Below, one piece after another: positions 59,641-64,000 of a stretch of 64,000 nt of DNA. The stretch covers positions 124,001 to 188,000 of IMG/VR virus record IMGVR_UViG_3300023174_000046, one strand, 5' to 3'. The notes beneath the pieces are model-generated. The model ran no database searches and had not been told where the DNA came from. It worked only from the letters and a program-made list of their open reading frames with translations. The position numbers and the translations under genes were made by a program. Each line of letters opens with the position of its first letter. Within the stretch, counting starts at the first letter, position 1.

Positions 59641-60582
59641 ATGAAAACATTAATTTGCTTAGCCTTAATAGCAGTAGCAAGCCATAGTGCATGTGCTACC
59701 TCTGTATCTTTCTTAAAGAATAGTGTATATAAAATTGACAATACCAACAAAGTCACAGCTACTTTAAATGATAAAGTAGAATCCAACACACAAGTGGGCA
59801 CAGGTGCACAGAGCATGTGTGAATTGTCATTAGATGATAAGTCCATAACACGCATTGGAGCCAATGCTGTCTTCACATTTGTAGAACAAGAGCGTTTGGT
59901 TAAATGCGACAAAGGAACATTTCTGGTTTCCAAAGATCCTGCAACAGAAACTATGACAGTTACCACAGGCAGTGTTACTGCTGCAGTTAATGGCAGCACT
60001 GTGATGTTTGATGTGACAGGTGATGCAACACATGTTGCTGTTGCTGAAACAACTACTGGAGTTGTGGTGACAGATAAGAATGGCAAATCTATAACATTGC
60101 AATCTGGTGAAGGCATCTCTGCAACACCTAATGGCATGGCATCTGCAGCTCCTAAATCTGTGGACGTTAAAGATCTAGCATCATCATCGCCTCTGTTTAC
60201 TGAAGCGGGGTTGGCTCCTCTGGCCAATGATGCATTGATCAAGGGTGTTGCAAGCGCTCAAGAATCTGCAAAAGCTGCAGGCATGTCTTTTACAAGTGAA
60301 ATTAATGATGTGGTAGCTGGTAGAATTGATAGTGCTACTGCTTTGGCCAGAGCCAGTGGCATGGATGCGCCAGGTGCTGATGTGCCTGACATTGATACTG
60401 CTGCAGGGGGTGAAGCTGTAGGTAGTAATGCACCTGCAGGCAGTGGAGCAGGAGCCATCTCTGGTTCACAGCAGTTTAATCCTTTATTGAATCCCAATCT
60501 TGTGCCCCCTGTAACTTCTTCTCCCTTGCCTTCATTAGCTACGCCAATAGGAAGTGATATTACCCCTTATCCTGGTAGATAA
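59641..60582 (+). CDS. Secreted FecR-domain protein with a low-complexity tail
   Basis: Signal peptide; TGAQSMCELSLDDKSITRIGANAVF, TAAVNGS; DIDTAAGGE. Confidence 0.75.
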   Translation: MKTLICLALIAVASHSACATSVSFLKNSVYKIDNTNKVTATLNDKVESNTQVGTGAQSMCELSLDDKSITRIGANAVFTFVEQERLVKCDKGTFLVSKDPATETMTVTTGSVTAAVNGSTVMFDVTGDATHVAVAETTTGVVVTDKNGKSITLQSGEGISATPNGMASAAPKSVDVKDLASSSPLFTEAGLAPLANDALIKGVASAQESAKAAGMSFTSEINDVVAGRIDSATALARASGMDAPGADVPDIDTAAGGEAVGSNAPAGSGAGAISGSQQFNPLLNPNLVPPVTSSPLPSLATPIGSDITPYPGR

Positions 60583-60598
60583 GAGCAGACTAATTTAG

Positions 60599-60626
60599 TT
60601 GACTACTTCGTATTTTCCTGCATAAT
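60599..60626 (+). promoter_or_regulatory. sigma70-like promoter for uvsE-rnh
   Basis: TTGACT-N16-CATAAT. Confidence 0.6.
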
Positions 60627-60633
60627 ATAAGAA

Positions 60634-61530
60634 ATGAAGTTATCTTTGTGCTGTCAGAGTAATGTGCTTAATGACAAAGGCATTAAATTTCGCACCATGA
60701 CTGTGACACAATTCAAGAAGAAGCCTCTCAATGAATCTTTAAATGTGTTGTGTCATAGAATTGTAGAGAACTTTCAAACACTCAAAGCTACAGTAGAATT
60801 ATGCAAAAGCATGAACCTGGCTGGCATGCGCATTGGCAGCGACTTGATACCTGTTATCAATCACCCAGATCTTAATTTAGACTTTTACAAATTACCCATG
60901 CAAGATGAAATGATGCATGCTATTGGTGAAGCTAAACAAGCCATGAAATGTTCTGGCTTACGCTTTTCTGCTCATCCTTCTGAGTTTATTAGCTTAACAT
61001 CCGATAACCCTAAAGTTGTTGCCAATAGCATTCGCGATCTGATTGCTCATGCATTAGTGTTTGAATTGCTTGCATTGCCTGAATCATATGAAGCACCATT
61101 GAACATTCATATTCGCAAAGATGGTGATCCTGAAACGATCTATGCCAATGTGGTGCGTAGTTTGAAGCAATGTCCTGTCAATGTGACCAAGCGATTGGTT
61201 TTTGAGAATAATGACAACAAGAAAGGTGTGTGGAGCATCAGCAATTTGGTAAAATATTTTCATGCTCGTGATGGCATACCCATCACTTTTGATAATTTGC
61301 ATCACAAAATGTTGCCTGGAGATCTATCAGAGTCTGAAGCATTTCACTTGGCACATGGCACATGGCCTGTGATGCCCATATTTCATTATTCAGAAGGCAT
61401 AGGTGACACACGCAAGCATGCAGATTACGCACAATATGCTCCTCCAGATTATGGCAAACCTGTGGTATGGGAAGTGGAGCTCAAAGCTAAGGATAGAGCT
61501 ATTAACAAGATCATGGGCATGATTTCATGA
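60634..61530 (+). CDS. uvsE: UV-damage endonuclease UvsE/UvdE
   Basis: RIGSDLIP, RFSAHP, LNIH, RLVFENND, FDNLHH, HYSE, HADY, VELKAKD. Confidence 0.93.
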   Translation: MKLSLCCQSNVLNDKGIKFRTMTVTQFKKKPLNESLNVLCHRIVENFQTLKATVELCKSMNLAGMRIGSDLIPVINHPDLNLDFYKLPMQDEMMHAIGEAKQAMKCSGLRFSAHPSEFISLTSDNPKVVANSIRDLIAHALVFELLALPESYEAPLNIHIRKDGDPETIYANVVRSLKQCPVNVTKRLVFENNDNKKGVWSISNLVKYFHARDGIPITFDNLHHKMLPGDLSESEAFHLAHGTWPVMPIFHYSEGIGDTRKHADYAQYAPPDYGKPVVWEVELKAKDRAINKIMGMIS

Positions 61531-62279
61531 ACATTCTCATCATTGATGCTACCAATTTGTTGTACCGCATTTATCATGTGTTGCGTGTCACTGGAGGGCA
61601 GGACATGGTGCCTGCATACATGCGCAGCATCAACAAGTATGTGCGTGATTTTGCACCTGATGCAACATATGCAGTGTCAGATAAGCGCTTGATCAAAGGG
61701 CAGAAGAATTACAGACGTCAACAAGCTGATTACAAGCAAAACAGAGACTGTAGCATGTGGGAAACTGTGCATGCTGCTGAAGATGAATTGGAGCAGGTCA
61801 TGCAAACACAAGGCATTCACATGATGTATCCAGGCATACTGGAAGCAGATGATGTAATTGCATTCTTGTGCAAACATTTGACTGGGCGCAAGACCATAGT
61901 ATCCACAGACAATGACATGGTGCAATTGATTGATGAACATACACAATTGTATTCACCCATCAAGAAGGTGATCATTGATGTGCACAATTGCGAACAGCAT
62001 TTGCCAGTGCATGTGAACAAGTATCTGCTATACAAGAGCATACTAGGTGATGCATCAGATTGCATCAAAGGGTTATCAGGTTATGGCAAAGTGAAAGCCA
62101 AGAGATTAACAGAAAATTATGATGCGGAGTTTGCAAAATTATCTGTTGAACTGCAACAGCAACAGCTCAATAACATGAGGCTCATGAACTTGAATCAAGG
62201 TCTTATAGAACATCCAGAAGAACGCAATTGTTACATGCAGCAATTGCAACAATTAACAACCCAGAGTGCTTGCAATTGA
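61527..62279 (+). CDS. rnh: T4 RNase H-like 5'-3' exonuclease
   Basis: IIDATNL, YKQNR, LEADDVIA, VSTDND, LGDASD.I.G..GYG.VKA. Confidence 0.88.
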   Translation: MNILIIDATNLLYRIYHVLRVTGGQDMVPAYMRSINKYVRDFAPDATYAVSDKRLIKGQKNYRRQQADYKQNRDCSMWETVHAAEDELEQVMQTQGIHMMYPGILEADDVIAFLCKHLTGRKTIVSTDNDMVQLIDEHTQLYSPIKKVIIDVHNCEQHLPVHVNKYLLYKSILGDASDCIKGLSGYGKVKAKRLTENYDAEFAKLSVELQQQQLNNMRLMNLNQGLIEHPEERNCYMQQLQQLTTQSACN

Positions 62280-62283
62280 GTTT

Positions 62284-63126
62284 CTATAGAAACTCACCAT
62301 TATGATTGTATTTAAAAGTATTCTCCATATTACCTCTAAACAAATCTACAAACGCGCCACAATTTCCTGTATGGTTTACAACATACTTGCATTCAGCTAC
62401 TAATCTTAATACTGCATCAAATATTTGTGCTTTAGCAATAGGGTCGTCATTGGTTTCTTCATGTATTATAAGCCAAGTAACTTTACTGGTATCTGTAACA
62501 ACTGCTTCATCAAAGTAAAAACATTTCTCACCAAACTCTTGTTTAAAAAAGTCTCGAACTTGCAGCTGATCTGTTTGAATTAAAACCCTACACTCCGGGT
62601 GAATATTGGTAAGTTTTTTGGTTTGCTCCAAGACATATTCTTTAGAAGGGAGACGACATTCAGTGTGTTTATCTGTGCCCCTATAAAATACAGATATGGT
62701 TCTTTCAAAATTAATATTATACTTAGAAATTAATTGCTGTTTAATTGTATTAATTTGATCGGAAGGTGAGAAAAAACAATTTAAAATTTTTGTATAATCT
62801 TCAAAATTATATAATTTTATTGTATCCAAGTTATATGTATTTGCACCATTAAATGAGTCGGGTAAGAATAAATTTTTATTAACAGGTAGCTCGTTAATAT
62901 TATAATTTGTTTTATAAAATAGAGGGTAAATGTCAAGATTCTTGTCTCTTTTAAAATACCAAAAACCTTGCGCATAATTTATTTTATCTGGTATTATACC
63001 ACTGTTAAGACACATAATAAGAGATAAAAATGTTTGGTAGGAATTAGAATAAAATCCGCTGTTCCATCTATTATAAATAATTTTTTGGCCGTTTTCTTCT
63101 TCTAGAGTGCAATTGCAAAGCTGCAT
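62284..63126 (-). CDS. NodZ/GT23-like glycosyltransferase, paralogue of 7508-8395
   Basis: SGFYSN, FFSPSD, YRGTDK..E, IQTD, HTGN. Confidence 0.65.
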   Translation of the reverse strand: MQLCNCTLEEENGQKIIYNRWNSGFYSNSYQTFLSLIMCLNSGIIPDKINYAQGFWYFKRDKNLDIYPLFYKTNYNINELPVNKNLFLPDSFNGANTYNLDTIKLYNFEDYTKILNCFFSPSDQINTIKQQLISKYNINFERTISVFYRGTDKHTECRLPSKEYVLEQTKKLTNIHPECRVLIQTDQLQVRDFFKQEFGEKCFYFDEAVVTDTSKVTWLIIHEETNDDPIAKAQIFDAVLRLVAECKYVVNHTGNCGAFVDLFRGNMENTFKYNHNGEFL

Positions 63127-63199
63127 TTAATTATTTATTCGGAAGTATATTTATTTGGAAGTATATTGCAATCATATCAAAATCCTATAATATATTCAT

Positions 63200-63880
63200 A
63201 TGGGCATGTTTGACACAGTTATTACAGAAGGATTAAAGCTCAAGGCTCCCAAGGAGATTGCTAACTTTCTCAGGATTAATAATGCAGAGTTTCCTGCTGA
63301 ATTTCAAACTAAAGATCTAGATAATGTTTTGGGTACTTATAAGATAAATGCAAAAGGTGATATCTTTAGAGAAGAAAGAAAGCCTACAGGTAAAAAAATA
63401 TCTTATGAATTGCCTTTTTTAAGCTGGAAAGATAATAGATCATGGTTAGAGAGAGTATACTGGAAGATCAAGTATAAAGAAAATAAAAAAGAGAAAATTA
63501 AGTTAATTGACGAAACAAAGCCAGTATTTGTAAGAGTAAAATTAACAAATACTTTCACAATGTTAGCTGTAGAACAGATTAGTGGTAGGAATTTAGTTTT
63601 AGATTACGAGGTTAAAGCAATAGATGGCAAGGTTAAATCAACAAAACTCTTGGAATGGTCTTTAGAGTCTGAAAAAGATGCACAAAAGCGTCATCTGGAT
63701 GATAAAGAGTTTACATTACAAACAGATAGAGCCATGGCTAAGCATAGAGAATTAAGATCCAAATGGTATTATCCTGTATTAAAAGAAACTTATAATCCTT
63801 TTATATTCTTTTCTCGCATAACGGTTCAAGCTGCTTGCAACACTATAGTGCGCTGGAGCTACAGCTGGACGGGTATATAA
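63200..63880 (+). CDS. Hypothetical phage protein
   Basis: MGMFD...FQTKDLD..L..Y.I...G motif common in phage hypotheticals. Confidence 0.65.
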   Translation: MGMFDTVITEGLKLKAPKEIANFLRINNAEFPAEFQTKDLDNVLGTYKINAKGDIFREERKPTGKKISYELPFLSWKDNRSWLERVYWKIKYKENKKEKIKLIDETKPVFVRVKLTNTFTMLAVEQISGRNLVLDYEVKAIDGKVKSTKLLEWSLESEKDAQKRHLDDKEFTLQTDRAMAKHRELRSKWYYPVLKETYNPFIFFSRITVQAACNTIVRWSYSWTGI

Positions 63881-63887
63881 TAAGAAT

Positions 63888-64000
63888 ATGACATATACGC
63901 TCAAAGTGGAGCAAAACGAAATTACAGGTGAATATTTTATTATATTGCCAGAAAAACTTTTAAAAAGAATGAAGTGGAAGACTGGTGATAATATTAAATG
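63888..64000 (+). CDS. AbrB/MazE-like DNA-binding protein, 3'-truncated
   Basis: MTYTLKVEQNEITGEYFIILPEKLLKRMKWKTGDNIK. Confidence 0.6.
   Translation, partial: MTYTLKVEQNEITGEYFIILPEKLLKRMKWKTGDNIK

Noticed and set aside
1-64000. Alternative genetic code (stop-codon reassignment)
   Set aside because: Genes tile densely under the standard code, and TAA, TAG and TGA all end genes at sensible boundaries
1-64000. Eukaryotic giant virus or bacterial chromosome origin
   Set aside because: T4-type portal, neck and tail genes, late promoters and a bacterial-type tRNA with CCA indicate a tailed bacteriophage

Overview
This window comes from a large, AT-rich, T4-like (myovirus-type) phage genome. 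Diagnostic genes are portal gp20, neck gp13, head-completion nuclease gp4, tail completion gp15, a T4 RNase H-like nuclease, UvsE, a Cas4-like nuclease and tRNA-Leu(UAA). A host-type island (PEP-CTERM protein, H-X9-DG prepilin-type protein, FecR-like protein) points to a Verrucomicrobia/Planctomycetes host; this is an inference. Layout: (1) 1-5.6 kb, probable virion accessory proteins with mucin-like Pro/Thr stalks. (2) 5.7-12.6 kb, a glycosyltransferase/methyltransferase cluster headed by a GT60-type polypeptide alpha-GlcNAc transferase. (3) 12.6-23.4 kb, probable baseplate/tail-fibre genes. (4) 23.4-35.1 kb, a second glycan/tailoring cluster (GT8, GT32, GT31, radical SAM, amidinotransferase, PIG-L deacetylase, PhyH dioxygenase, flavin halogenase, methyltransferase, UDP-glucose dehydrogenase). 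(5) 35-48.7 kb, head/neck genes, an RCC1 propeller and a YadA-like fibre. (6) 48.7-55.2 kb, small ORFs, a tRNA and an HNH nuclease. (7) 55.3-60.6 kb, a host-like cell-surface island. (8) DNA repair genes. The best candidate for an undescribed system is phage-encoded mucin-type O-glycosylation, with chemical tailoring, of the phage's own PT-rich proteins. Other strong signals are a -1 slippery site that fuses a mucin tail onto a membrane protein, pervasive leaderless promoter geometry, and the cell-surface island with a shared DIDTA(A/S)GGE motif. All family calls come from motif recognition by eye; no searches were run.
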